Below, one piece after another: positions 36,323 to 47,947 of a DNA stretch of 64,000 nt. How positions within the stretch are numbered: the stretch's first letter is position 1; each line of letters starts with the position of its first letter. The DNA is taken from the NCBI GenBank assembly GCA_002269645.1, contig NIVC01003589.1:25357-89356 (forward strand), given 5' to 3'. A program made the position numbers and the translations under genes. This stretch comes from Macrostomum lignano. Its lineage: Eukaryota. The notes under the pieces are model-generated. The model did no database searches, was not told the origin of the DNA, and saw only the letters and a list, made by a program, of their open reading frames with translations.

Positions 36323-37337
36323 ATGGTTCTCTTGCCTGAAAGTGTCTACCATGTTTTATCCCAGCAGCAGCAGCAACAGCAGGAAGCGCCGCTTCTGCTG
36401 GATACCGGCGCACTGCGGCCTTTCCGGCAATGAGGCGGCAGACAGGGCGGCGGCCAGGGCGGCGGACCTCGACCAGCGACAAGTCCCGCTCCCGCTCAGT
36501 GCCGCCAGGACGGCGACACGCCACTCCAGACGCGCTCTTGATGATCTGGCGGTCCCGACCCACTGGAAGCCACCGAGCCACCTCCCACGCCGCCTACAAG
36601 TTATTGTCAACCAGCTTAGAGCCGGCGCCAGCACCATCAACCGCAGCACTAGGTTCAGACTCGACATCGACACCTCGCCCGACTGCCTCGACTGCGGTGC
36701 GCTGGACACGGTTCAGCACGTCCTATTCGAGTGCCCCAGAGGCGACCGCTTACGGGCAGCTCAAGGGCTCGCACCCGAGGACCTGATGGGGTTCCCAGAT
36801 GCCATTATCGGGCTCATTCGCAGCATGGGGCGTCTGCCCCCCTCCAGATCGGCCGGTCCGCACACGGAGGCGCCTTGAAAAAGAAAGAAAGAAAGAAAAG
36901 GAAGCGCCGCCGCCACCGAGAAGGACCGAGCCACTAGACACCTCAAACGTTGCTCTGCAAAAGGATATCGTGTCTACGCAGCTAGAAATGGTGGCGAGAT
37001 GGCGAAAAATCCGGTTTCGTTTCCGAAAGCTCAAATGAAACGCTCTGATTTGGAAAGCAAGTTGCTAAATTCTCGGCGAATACTGCAAAATGGGTCAAGT
37101 AGCGGTCCTGTTCGAGAGGTTGGTATTGAAGAAGCACCGAAATTTGTAATTCGGCTTCCGAAGGCATTCAAAAGGAGATACGATGCTCTTGTAAAAACTC
37201 TTTTCGAAGAAGAGGGTAGTTTTGCGGAGGCTCTTCCATCGTCTTTATCGGTGGAGAAAGTGAAAAAGTTGCTGGAGTATGTTGTCCGAGACAGACCGCT
37301 AAAAAGACATGGTAGTTCTCCCCCCTGTTGGCTTTAA
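36323..37337 (+). pseudogene. Family C ORF (MVLLPESVY...) split by a retroposon
   Basis: Frame MVLLPESVYHVLSQQQQQQQEAP/PPPRRTEP is restored when 36393-36910 is removed. Confidence 0.55.
36393..36898 (+). mobile_element. 5'-truncated RNase H-bearing non-LTR retrotransposon fragment
   Basis: 12-bp TSD AGGAAGCGCCGC (36381-36392, 36899-36910), (AAAG)n tail, WIPAHCGLSGNEAAD, CLDC...HVLFEC. Confidence 0.9.
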
Positions 37338-37757
37338 ATCTTTTTTGGATTTTTTGCGTAGACGTAACGTGCCTAATCGTCTTGTTGGTCAGCATGTGCG
37401 AGGACTCCTGCAGTCGTTTTTAAAGGGAATGACGACGACGAGGAGGAGGGTGTGAGCAACGTTGCTGCGTCGGACGATCTGAATGGTCTGGAACAATACG
37501 AGACCCTTGATTAGTATAAGCTTGTCAGGATTCGTTGATTTGAAAAGTATACGTGAGCCGATAAAAAATGTCGTCTGACGTTAGGCGTGGAATTTGTCTT
37601 TGCGTTTGTCGTTTTTTTGCTCGTCAACGCCTATGTTGCGCTCGATTGGTGACTAGTTGCATTAAAAAGGAGGACGATCTTGCAGATCACACTGTGAACG
37701 TTCAAGCGAGTTTTAACTGCTGCAACACACAGGGCGGAGCTGTTTCGACCGATATTC

Positions 37758-38226
37758 ATGGAGGGGCGCGAGAATACCAACCACCAGATTCATAGTGCTG
37801 TACACGAGTTTCTTAATCGCCAGTTTTTTTACTTGGAGAATCCGTCTTCTTATTCTGGAAATAAAACGAGCTTGCTTCGGGCGGTGCGCAAGATATTCCC
37901 TCAGATTCGGCTAGGGGTTGCGCGAGACATTGTGTTCGATTGGATAAGGTCAACTCAGAAGCACCATCTGTTTCAAAAGGCTCGACGGAATTTCCCTACA
38001 CCAAAATTAGTGTCCCGCCTGTTGCTCGGTTTCAGTTTCAGATCGACTTGGCAGATATGCAGCAGTATCAGGCTGAGAATCGGAGTTATCGTTTCATCAT
38101 GGTTTTAATTGACTGCTTCACTAGAGTTGTTCGTCTACGCGCACTTCGCACCAAAAAACCTACGGAAGTGAGTCGAGTTTTACGCGATATTTTCAAGAGT
38201 GGTTTCAAGCCGCTGTATTTGCAGGG
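37758..38226 (+). pseudogene. INT: Integrase N-terminal part, family C, cut by the copy D terminus before the second catalytic Asp
   Basis: NPSSYSG, FQIDLADM, VLIDCFTR, PLYLQ then AGTAGAAT. Confidence 0.87.
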
Positions 38227-39110
38227 AGTAGAATGCATGAGGGAGCTTCTGGGACAAAATTTTTCACATCCTCCATAATCCCAATTAATCCATCCATATT
38301 ATCCCTGACAGAATCAGAAGAAAGGGGGGTCGCACTCGCTCACAAAACGTCCTCCATAATCCCATTAAATCCATCCATATTATCCCTGACAGAATCAGAG
38401 CATAACAGGTGTCCTAGTTGCTCCGAAAACTTCGAACATAATCCTCTTAAATCCATCCATATTATCCCTGAATCAGAGGGTCCTACTCGCTCACAAAACG
38501 TCATCCATAATCCCCCTAACCTATCCTCCTTCCTCCACGACAGAATCAGAGCATAACAGGTGTCCTACATAATCCACTGACATCCACCCATAGCATATTC
38601 GAAACAATCAGAAAATAATCTGCATTCTTCTCCCCACATTTAATCCACAACATGCTACCAAATCCCTAAGACTTTAAATCCCCAAACCTAGGGTCCTTAC
38701 CCTTTGAAAAAATCTAAATTCTCAATAAAAATGCTTCCAGTTGTCTCCCCAGGTTCTTATTACAAAGCGCACGAGCCTAATTACAAGAGTAAGTACCGAT
38801 GTAAACTAGAACGCAGTGAGTACATGAGAAAATATTGACCCGGCGTTGATATCAATGTCCCTAATATTAATCTAGCTCTCCAACGACACTGGTTTCATAA
38901 GTATGGAATAACCTACGTAAAAGATTACGACAGCTACTATAACTTTGCAGAAATCATTAGGCAATTGTGATTTCTCACATTCTCTCAATAATCAACGTCA
39001 ATACAAACTCTTCACCGTTGAAATCAACACCCACCCCATCTTCAGTCTCAAATTGTAGCACAATCTCGTGAATCTCCTTATTACTCAATACAACTCTTTT
39101 CACTGGATCT
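38227..39110. repeat. Left TIR of copy D including the 80-aa ORF pseudogene (38731-38970) and ~140 bp of penton 3' end
   Basis: Inverted homology to ~12380-13463; TGG to TGA stop in the ORF. Confidence 0.85.
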
Positions 39111-39265
39111 TCTTTTCAAAAGATTACGACAGCTCCTATAACTTTGCAGAAGTTATAAGGCAATTGAAGCTTACTAAAAAACATACTGAGTTCATTTAGT
39201 CACAAGTATATTTACATAAAACAGGAGGAAATTAGGTGGAAAGAGCAGACACTGAGTGTGCAGGG

Positions 39266-40006
39266 CTATCCGGCAGAGAATTTCCTTCGCGACGTGCGAG
39301 CTAGTTGCACGGCTGGAAATGAAAGAACAAGATATTGTAGATCCTCGCACAATCCAAAATCGATATTATTCGGATCCAGAAGAATATTGATTTTCCTCCC
39401 GCTCATTTCGTGTACAGCAAATTGTATATGGCAATAGCCCCATAATTCTGCCTGCTTGCCAGACTCTAGCAGCCCCGTCCCGTCCATGGCTCCCGTCCTG
39501 TCCCTCTCTCCATCTCTTGCTTGCCAGTGCCTCAATTGTAGCACAATAGAAGCTAGAATGCCCTTGCCTCTTGGACTTGGAGTTGTAAACTATAGACTCG
39601 AGAGAATGCATTGCAGTAAAGAAATTTCTTTTTATTTCTTTTTCATTTTCCAGTCCAGCTAGGGCAGAGTCTAGGGCAGATGATATAGATTTATACTTTG
39701 GGTATACTAGCAGATCCTCGCACAATCCAAAATCGATATTATTCGGATCCAGAATAATATTGTTTTCCTCCCGCTTATTCCGTGTACAGCAAATTGTATA
39801 GGGCAAAGTTCTTCCAGGGTTGATAAAGATTTATACTTACTGGGTATACGAGCGCGTATTGTGTCTTTAACCGGTTCCACCAGCTGCTGCCACATTTGCA
39901 GCCCCAGGGATAACAACGTTACCATGAGCACCTTCTGGCATTTGATTGGCTTGCGGAACTGTTGGGTCAGTCCAAATATTTGCGTCGCGTTGGTAGCGGT
40001 ACTCAC
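39266..40006 (-). pseudogene. Variable-slot protein, copy D allele, partly duplicated and frameshifted
   Basis: ELWGYCHIQF...EDLQYLVLSFPAVQLA; ~95-bp direct duplication at 39338-39435 and 39711-39805. Confidence 0.5.
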
Positions 40007-40477
40007 TTTAAAATGAGAGTAGCGTTATCCAACAAGAAGGAAACTTCGGTCGAGTAGAACGTAATTTTTTGTGAACTAAAAACAAAGATTTAATTAAAAT
40101 AAGAGATTTTTCAATTCTTAACACAGGATAGAATTTCAGTAAGTAAAAAATGAATAAACTTAAAACATAATGAAATCAGCAGCCACAACGGTGCAGTATC
40201 GTGCGTGACGAAGAACGCGTGCGAGCAAAATGAGCTGAATTTTCTTGCTTGCTTTAACTAGCTTCCGAGCGATCAATTCCCTCCACCCGCTTCCTTCCTT
40301 CCGGTTGTCCAAGCGGAAAGGAATGCACGCGTGGAACTTGTACATTCGAAAAATAGATAAGAGGGCTATGCCCCCCTCAGCAATAGCAGTTACCCCACCC
40401 CCTTCTGCTTCTCAACTTTTCAAATGCAGCTGTCGTGTTTGGCAAGGGTTGAGAATAATAGTTAAACGCTTCCCGAC

Positions 40478-40965
40478 TCAAGCGCCCCTCTCTACCCGCA
40501 GCTCTTTCAGCAGTCTTCCTAGTTCCTTGTTAGGAGCGTACAAAATAAACTTTGCTCCCGAGCACCCCGTGCACCCACCCTCTCTCCCCGAAAGGCCGCC
40601 CTCGGCGCCAACCCCCAGCCCCAGATTTGTCTTACCAAAAATAACAGCTTTAACTAGCTTCCGAGCGATCGATTCCCTCCACCCGCTTGAAGTTCCCATA
40701 TTGTATAATCTCCTAGGCATTTCTTTGTCCCAGCGATTCTTCTCCTCAGGAAAATCTCTATACTTAACGTCGTGCCACATGCAGACAGAGTCTAGCTCGT
40801 TCACAGGCTCATGCCCAGGATTTGGATTATTGTTTTTATCTAACTGTATTTCAAGTGGATTCAAAGGCTCGCAATATTTGTAGCCGGGAATTGTCCAGCC
40901 TTTGTTTGGATGAGGAAGCTTTTCTATCAGTCCATGTGAGTCTAAGTTACCACCAGAGCGCTGAA
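40478..40965 (-). pseudogene. PLA2X-like gene, start codon lost
   Basis: PVNELDSVCMWHDVKY. Confidence 0.85.
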
Positions 40966-40996
40966 TTATTTTATTTAAAATTTTCTTTTTTTAAAA

Positions 40997-42003
40997 ATGA
41001 CAGATCAGAAACATAAAAACTCTACTGCAGTGACAAAGGATTCTTTGTAGGAAAAAATGCAGTCACCAAACTCGCAGAACTAAGTAAGGAACCAAAAGCT
41101 AAAGTAGAAAAGTGGCTCTTCAAGCAAGCAGTCTACCAAGTCTATTTCCCACCAGTAAAATTTTAAAGGCCTCATTTCAGTATTTATAAACCTAATGAGG
41201 CGCATCAAGCAGATCTTCTGTTTCTCCCCAATGACTCAGGCTACAAGTATGCTCTCACAGTTATAGACATTGCCTCCAGATATAAAGAAGCGAGACCGCT
41301 TAAGACGAAGAAGTTAGAAGCCGTTGCAGCCGCACTCTAAGATATTTATAAAAACTCACCCCTTAGTTACCCTGAAATCTTTATGACCGACCCGGGTAAA
41401 GAATTCTATGGGGCAGTCAAATCCCTAATGGAAAAGAAAAATACAGAGATTCGCTACGGAAGAACTGAGCAGCACAGAGACCAAGCGTACGTTGAGAAAT
41501 TCAATATAACTCTAGCCAAGAGGCTATTCACTAAGCAGACAGCTGAAGAGCTGAAACTAAAAAGTGGCCAATACTATACCAAGTGGACAGAAAGACTCCC
41601 CACTGTTATAGAGCAACTGAACAATGAATTCACACGCATGACTGGATTGAAACCGTCCCATGCAATTAAACAAGACACTGTCGAACTTAAGTCATCTCAT
41701 AGAACAGACACCTCAAACTACCCTAAGCTACTGGGAGTTGAATCACCATACATACTGACAAACTCAGAGTTTCTACGATTTTTATATCTACCTAGAGAGC
41801 TAGAGAAGGAAACTAAAAGAAAAGCTACAGATCCATACTTCAGCCTTGATGTACATAAAATAGACAGACATTTTACCTCCGACTCCGGTGGCTATTACTT
41901 TTTATCTCAAACCTTTAATCCTAATTTCCCCACTCGGTTATTCACTAGAGCTGAACTCCTAGTGATACCGGCCGACACAGAAATTAATTATAATATTAAA
42001 TAA
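40997..42003 (+). pseudogene. INT: Integrase, copy D, with stops and a frameshift
   Basis: TDPGKEF, YVEKFN; TAA at ~41164 and 41338. Confidence 0.9.
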
Positions 42004-42006
42004 AAA

Positions 42007-42288
42007 ATGACAAAGATTGAAACCAGAACCATCAATAAACTCAATAAAATCATCGAATCAAAGAGATCAGGTCTTTTATCAATTAAAGGTGCCAAAGTAA
42101 AAATCGATCCTATGCAGCAAATAGTTCAGTGTAATGAGCAAAGACACAGCATCACAGATGAAAAGTCAGGAGGAATTCTGTAGAAACAGGAGAATGATTG
42201 TGAGCATGAAAATTCTGTAAGCAAGTCTGACATTGTCAAAGCCATCATATAACTGCACAATGCTGGGTTTACAATAATGCGGATGTGA
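42007..42288 (+). pseudogene. pX-like gene with the hydrophobic segment deleted
   Basis: Sequence jumps from SGGIL to the DCEHENS region. Confidence 0.75.
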
Positions 42289-43117
42289 ATGTGAATGTGA
42301 ATGTGATGAGCTTTAAAACCCCACTTTATCCAGCTTCATAAACCTAGCGCTACTTATAGGATGTAGAAACAGTTCAACTTTTCTATCAGGGTGGTCACCC
42401 TCAAAATTTTTTTATATTTTAGAGAAAAAATGCCAAAAGCCAATCCAGCAAAAGATTTGGTCAACAAATATTTTTCAAAAGGCGTCTCATTTCAAGACAA
42501 AAGTAATTTACTAAGAGAAGCATGTAAACGAAAGTTTTACACCGACCTTGGTCACTTGAGAAGCTATGAAAAACAGTTGGAAATCATCAATCAATTAGAA
42601 TTCAACCAGTATGCGCCTATAAAAAGTCCTGCAAAAGAAACACTAAGAGAGGAGTCGAAACTTAGTTAACAAACACGAAACTCTCACTGGTGAAAAAGCA
42701 AAATACCCACAAAATAAGCAGGAACAAGAGAAATTAGAGCAATTAATCCATTTAAAAGAGTCGGAGATTGCCACTGAAGAGACAATTTTGCACAGAGGAA
42801 GTTTACAGAACATTACATAGAGTACACAATCCCTTGTTAGGATTCTCTCAGATCCCTAAGCTAGAAAAAGTGTTTTATAACAAAATTAGAATCACAGTCT
42901 TTGAGTGGAGTGAAAAAACTGAGAAAGTTCAACCGGTCAGCTGTAGCAAAGACGTTTTAGATCCTGAGGGGAAAAAGCAGACTGAAGTGGATCTTCTAGT
43001 GATTAGAAATTTACTAGAGGAGACTTACAATGTTTGGATTAAAGATCTTTCAAGACTCATTCACAAGCAGTTGAATAATCATCACGAGGCTGTTGCCATC
43101 TGCCGCTTGTGCCTTAA

Positions 43118-45539
43118 CCCTTATATGCCGGGTGGCTAGCAGAGCTGACCATAGCCATAGAATAGAAGGTGACGAGAAAAAAAATTGGTAGTCTATGGCC
43201 AGTGAGGCGCAGAATTGCAGCTCCTTTCCTGCCGAACATGTTCAGCTGAGCTGACCATGGAATAAATAGCGCACTCACTCAGTCTGTAGCACTCTGTAGC
43301 GACCACTAGAGCAACTTTCATGTACTAACAATGGCACAGAAGAAAGATGCAGTTTATTGTTGAATTAATTTCGAACTATAAAGTTAAAGGGAAAGTTAAA
43401 GTTAAAGTTCAAGCAAAAGAAGATATTTGTCCAAAAGCAACAAAAAATTTATGATTTTGAGACGCAACTACATGTACGCTCGTATAGTAGCATATAATAA
43501 TACAAGGAACAATATTGTGGTAGAGTGCCGCAGTTGGACATTTAATTATTTTTGTCTTAACATAAAGGTAAAAAATTAATAGTCAATGCCGAATACAAAC
43601 GCGAATTATATAGTACGGCTGGTGAAAGGAGTTCTTTAATTCAGTGATTCACATGCCACCGTTCAAAGCAGGGACTTGGGCACAGTCCAGGTGCATTCGG
43701 ACACGCACTGCAGCAGAACACGGTGCGCTTCGCAGTGCCGTTGCGGTAGCACACGCGGCATTGCTTCACCGGCCTCGGGCACGATTCCCTCGGAGGCAGC
43801 TTTGATGGAAAGTGCTGCTGAGCTGCGGCCGCCGCTGGTTGCTTAGCTGCCGTTCGCTGTCTTCCTGGTCCCGTGGAGTCAACCAGTAGGGTGATACAGC
43901 TCTCCAGGAATTTGAAGAACTGCAGCCGGCCACCGTGCTTTGAGTATACAACCCATGCATTGTGTACAAGCAGCAGACAGAGATGAAACCCCAACTTATG
44001 AAACCACTTGTAGGTTTTGCGGCAGCTGTCGTACGGTTTCAGCATGGCATCGAGTCGGTCAACGCCTCCCATGCAGCGGTTGTACAGCAGGTTCGAGGCG
44101 CTTTTCTGCACTTGCACAGCTTCACCATTCTTGCGAATTCGGTTCGTCGCTACTTTCTGAGCTGAGCCGTGGGTGTCGATCATGAAGAATGTTTTCAAGC
44201 CGCTTTCCTTGCGCTCCAGGATTTTCATGGCCAGCACTGGCAGCTTCCTCATGAAAACTACGTCATTTAACGGCACCTGCTGACTGCGCAATGCCAACGG
44301 CACTCCACGGTCGGCTCGAACAGTTGCTGTCAGCAGTGTGCTGCGTTCGTACAGAAAAGTCGCAAGCCGTACTGAGGCAAACCACTTGTCGACGAAAAGG
44401 TGATAGCCGAAACCGAGCAGGTCCTTGCAAAGGTGCACTACGATTTTCTCGCTTAGAGACAGCTGGTCACAACCGAGGTCGTCGCCAAAATGAGAGTTCT
44501 CTTCAGCAGTCGAATGTACTAGAAAGTTATACAGGTAGCCAGATACAGACTCACAGGCGCAGTACATTTTAATTCCAACTCTGGCTCTCTTCGATGGGAT
44601 GTACTGCCTAAACTGAAGGCGCCCCTTGTACAGAATCAGGGACTCGTCGACGCTGACCTGCTGCTCCGGCTGGTACACGTTCGCGCAGAGCTGCTGAGCC
44701 AGACGGAGCAGCGGCCGAATCTTGTGCAGTGGGTCGTTCGAGGCGGGTGCTCGTGAATCGTAGAAACGAAGGAAGGCCAGCAGCTGCTTGAATCGGTCAC
44801 GGGTCAAGCCATTGGGCGATTGAAAAAACGGAGTACTGTGAATGACACTGGTGCTCCAGTAATCATGCAGTTCCGGCTTCCGTGAGATGCCCATGAACAG
44901 GTACATACCCAACAGCTTGGATATCTCACTGCGGTTTGTGTCCTTCCATGACTTCAGCAAGCTCGAAACATCTTCTCCATCATGTGTCGCCTGCTCATAC
45001 TCAGCCCAAGCTTTTGCGTTTGTCCACTCCACGATCTTATCCAGCAGCTCATCGGTTAGTAGAAAATATTGGATGTCTTCACGGTCTTCGCGAAGGACAA
45101 TGCTGGGGTTTACACCCGAAATTCCAGTGAAACTGGGGCCGTCTTCAACAATGTCTTCGCCTGGCTCCACAAACTGCCAATCGTCTTCTACTTCGCTGAT
45201 AGTGACCGACTCAGACGACTCGGAGTTCTCCGCTATTCCAGCGTCACTTTCGGAGTCGGAAGTCAACAGAATATCCATATTTGGATTGATTTGAATTGCA
45301 TGAATAGAATTGTACAGAATTTGGCACAGCCCTTAATATACTAAAACCGGGCTGTCTATGGCCAGTCTTGTACAGTTTTGATAAGCGTGTGTGCAACCCA
45401 TTCCAAATGTACATTCTCCTTCAACCCTAGATTAGACCAGCGATGGCTGGCTTATCGGCAGGAGTGGCAGTGCAATTCAGTTCACTGAAAACTTGAAATA
45501 GTCTATGGTCAGCTCTGCTGACCATGCCGGCAGGAACGG
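43118..45539 (-). mobile_element. piggyBac-family DNA transposon
   Basis: TTAA at 43114-43117 followed by CCCTT; imperfect TIR (GCTAGCAGAGCTGACCATAG versus CTATGGTCAGCTCTGCTGACC) ending ...CAGGAACGG at 45539. Confidence 0.88.
43641..45278 (-). CDS. piggyBac transposase, 545 aa, intact
   Basis: DDD triad VSVDES / FVDKWFAS / MGGVDRLD; C-terminal Cys-rich domain CRVC...CCSAC...LCPSPCF..WH. Confidence 0.95.
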   Translation of the reverse strand: MDILLTSDSESDAGIAENSESSESVTISEVEDDWQFVEPGEDIVEDGPSFTGISGVNPSIVLREDREDIQYFLLTDELLDKIVEWTNAKAWAEYEQATHDGEDVSSLLKSWKDTNRSEISKLLGMYLFMGISRKPELHDYWSTSVIHSTPFFQSPNGLTRDRFKQLLAFLRFYDSRAPASNDPLHKIRPLLRLAQQLCANVYQPEQQVSVDESLILYKGRLQFRQYIPSKRARVGIKMYCACESVSGYLYNFLVHSTAEENSHFGDDLGCDQLSLSEKIVVHLCKDLLGFGYHLFVDKWFASVRLATFLYERSTLLTATVRADRGVPLALRSQQVPLNDVVFMRKLPVLAMKILERKESGLKTFFMIDTHGSAQKVATNRIRKNGEAVQVQKSASNLLYNRCMGGVDRLDAMLKPYDSCRKTYKWFHKLGFHLCLLLVHNAWVVYSKHGGRLQFFKFLESCITLLVDSTGPGRQRTAAKQPAAAAAQQHFPSKLPPRESCPRPVKQCRVCYRNGTAKRTVFCCSACPNAPGLCPSPCFERWHVNH

Positions 45540-46663
45540 AGCTTTCTATTTAGGAATAATAGGTAAAATAAGACTGAAGGATTCATATCAATTTCTAGCT
45601 GCCAGTGTAGACGAACTAAACAAGAATCTAAAAGATGAACAATGTACATATACAAATATGTTTGCAAGTAAAATTAACAACAGTGATGAATCATTTAAAC
45701 TTTTAATTAAGAGAGGCTTCTACCCCAATGAAAATATTACTGGGTATCACGTATTTGAAGAAGGTTTACCACCACAGGAGAAGTTCTTTTCAAAGCTAAC
45801 AAACTCTGGAATCTCTGACAAAGACTATGAGCACGCGAAGTATGTCTATAATTACTTTAATTGTCAAAAATTCTTCCAGTATCACCTGCTTTACCTCTTC
45901 ACAGATGTGTTTCTGCTGGCCGATGTGTTTGAAACCTTCAGATACACCTGGTACACAGCATATGGCCTCGATCCAGCACATTATGTGTCTCTGCCTGCCA
46001 CTAGCTGGGAATCTTCTTCTATGGTACCAGTTCTTCTATGGCATGAAGCAGCAGTACAAGGATAAAATGAAACTCTTGTAGACTGACACAGACAGTTTTA
46101 TTATGGACATTCAAACAGAAGACATTTATCAGGACATGCTGCAGCAAAAAGATTTGTTTGACTTGTCTCAGTATGATGAATATTGCAGGACACAGAATGG
46201 CGATCAAGTGTTTGACGCCACTAACAAGAAAGTGATTGGGAAAATGAAGGACGAGATTGCTGGTGACATAATCACTGAATTCATTGGGTTGAGAGCAAAG
46301 TCCTATTTTGTAAAATGTGAGTCGTCAGACCCAATTAAAAAATCAAAAGGAATTCCGAAACGTGTGGTTAGGAAGGAAATTAATGAAGCTGAATACAGAG
46401 ACGCCTTGAATTGCAACAAAAAGACATCTCATGAGTTCTCAAAGCTACAATCTAAAAACCATAATATTTACACAATTCAGAAAAAGAAGATTGGACTGTC
46501 AGGTGCAGATAACAAGAGATTCATTTTTGATGACCACATTAACAGTCTGCCGTTCGGGCACTGGAGATTAGGTTTAGGAGGTTCGGTTTAGGAGGTGAAG
46601 ATTGGGTTTAGGATGTGGAGGTTGGGTTTAGGTTTAGGAGAAAGTTTAATAAACCTTTTAAAA

Positions 46664-47065
46664 ATGACGACAAATAATTTTCTCGAAGATTTGGCTAACG
46701 AACTGGAAATCCCAAACTTTAGAGGAATATTTATGAGGGACACTCTGCCTGATTTTCCTCTAAGAAAAGAATGCGGCATCATGAACTTTGACACCACCGA
46801 TAAGCCAGGATCTCATTGGGTATGCTGGGTGATTGATCCCGATCGCAAGCACAAGTGTTATTACTTCGATAGCTATGGGACGGCAGTACCAGAAGAGCTA
46901 AGAAATTATATGAAGGGAAAAAAGAGTAAAAAAATTTATCGCTCAGACTTTATTCTTCAAGGTCTTAGCAGTGATATTTGCGGTGAGCTGTGCATGACTG
47001 TTTTGTATGCATTGACCAAAACACGAAAGACCTACAAGAAAATTATTCGTACCTGTGTTTCATAG
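46664..47065 (+). CDS. PRO: Adenain-like cysteine protease, intact (133 aa from MTT)
   Basis: GSHWV, YFDSYG, LQ...DICG. Confidence 0.9.
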   Translation: MTTNNFLEDLANELEIPNFRGIFMRDTLPDFPLRKECGIMNFDTTDKPGSHWVCWVIDPDRKHKCYYFDSYGTAVPEELRNYMKGKKSKKIYRSDFILQGLSSDICGELCMTVLYALTKTRKTYKKIIRTCVS

Positions 47066-47069
47066 GGGT

Positions 47070-47781
47070 TCATTGTGCATTTCTCGTTGTCCTTCTTGCC
47101 GACTTTCTTTCCGCATAATGTTGAAAAACTTTCTCGAGTTCATTTTTCAGCTGACTCATGTCATCAGTACCGACCATGTTCAAGTTCATTCGAATTGATT
47201 GTTCATAAAGATCCTGAATGGTTTTGAACTCATCCTCTGAAATGAACTTATCCTCGATTGCCCTTAAAATGTACCCTATGATTGAAGTGTGCACCCCTTT
47301 CTCTTTTACTTGCTTCTCCTGTAGCTGCTTTAGTTTTTTTCGCCTGTTTCGCGCTACTGCTCCAGTAATTGCTGAAATAAGTCCACATGCAGCACCTACT
47401 GAACCAAGTGGAATTGCAATTGGGACTGTGATGGCTGGCAACACTGAGGCTGCAGCTGCTGAACCTGTTAGAACAGACACAGATCCTAGAATCATATTGC
47501 TGTAGTCGAAAAAATTACAGTGGCTGTCATAGCGCTTAATTTTCTTTGTGTTGTGGAAAATATTTTTTTCAAGATCATCGCGCATTTTTTGAATCTCCAC
47601 CAGTCGAAACTGTTGAGTAACAAGTAATGACGGGGTAGAGTTTTTGTTGCTCATATTGAGGTGCATTCATATTCGGTGCCAGGTTTTGCGTGTTCGAATT
47701 CGGTGCTGTCGGGTTTGGTGCTGTCGGTATTTTAGGTTCAGCGTATTGAGACTGATCGTATAGAGAATTTTGTTGGGCCAT
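47070..47781 (-). pseudogene. GasderminX-like gene, one frameshift near 47620
   Basis: Near-identical to 7561-8229. Confidence 0.7.
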
Positions 47782-47947
47782 TTTTCCCTAGAAAAAATAT
47801 AAAAAATTATAAAGCTATCCGGTTGAAATATCTGTTATTTTCTCTTTGGTATTTCATCTGCAGTAATGATCGAAGGAGCAGTAGATTCTGCTTCATCAAT
47901 AGCAATGTCACGAAGATTGAGTGTTCTCTCAAGACGATTAAGCCTCT

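Larger units (their letters stand above)
31439..38226 (+). mobile_element. Fragment of a second, distant Polinton family (C)
   Basis: Own PolB, PLA2, ATPase, penton, pX-like and integrase with different sequence and gene order. Confidence 0.88.
42430..46591 (+). pseudogene. pPolB: pPolB, copy D, with internal deletions and a piggyBac insertion
   Basis: Matches copy A at 42430-43117 and 45560-46591. Confidence 0.9.

Noticed and set aside
31439-38226. Family C as cargo of a composite element, or a TSD pairing between 31438 and 38227
   Set aside because: Both are left ends whose outer edges face C, and the flanks differ (CAAGCT versus GCAGGG).
43766-45344. Short ORFs overlapping the piggyBac transposase
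   Set aside because: Antisense or alternate-frame shadows of the transposase.
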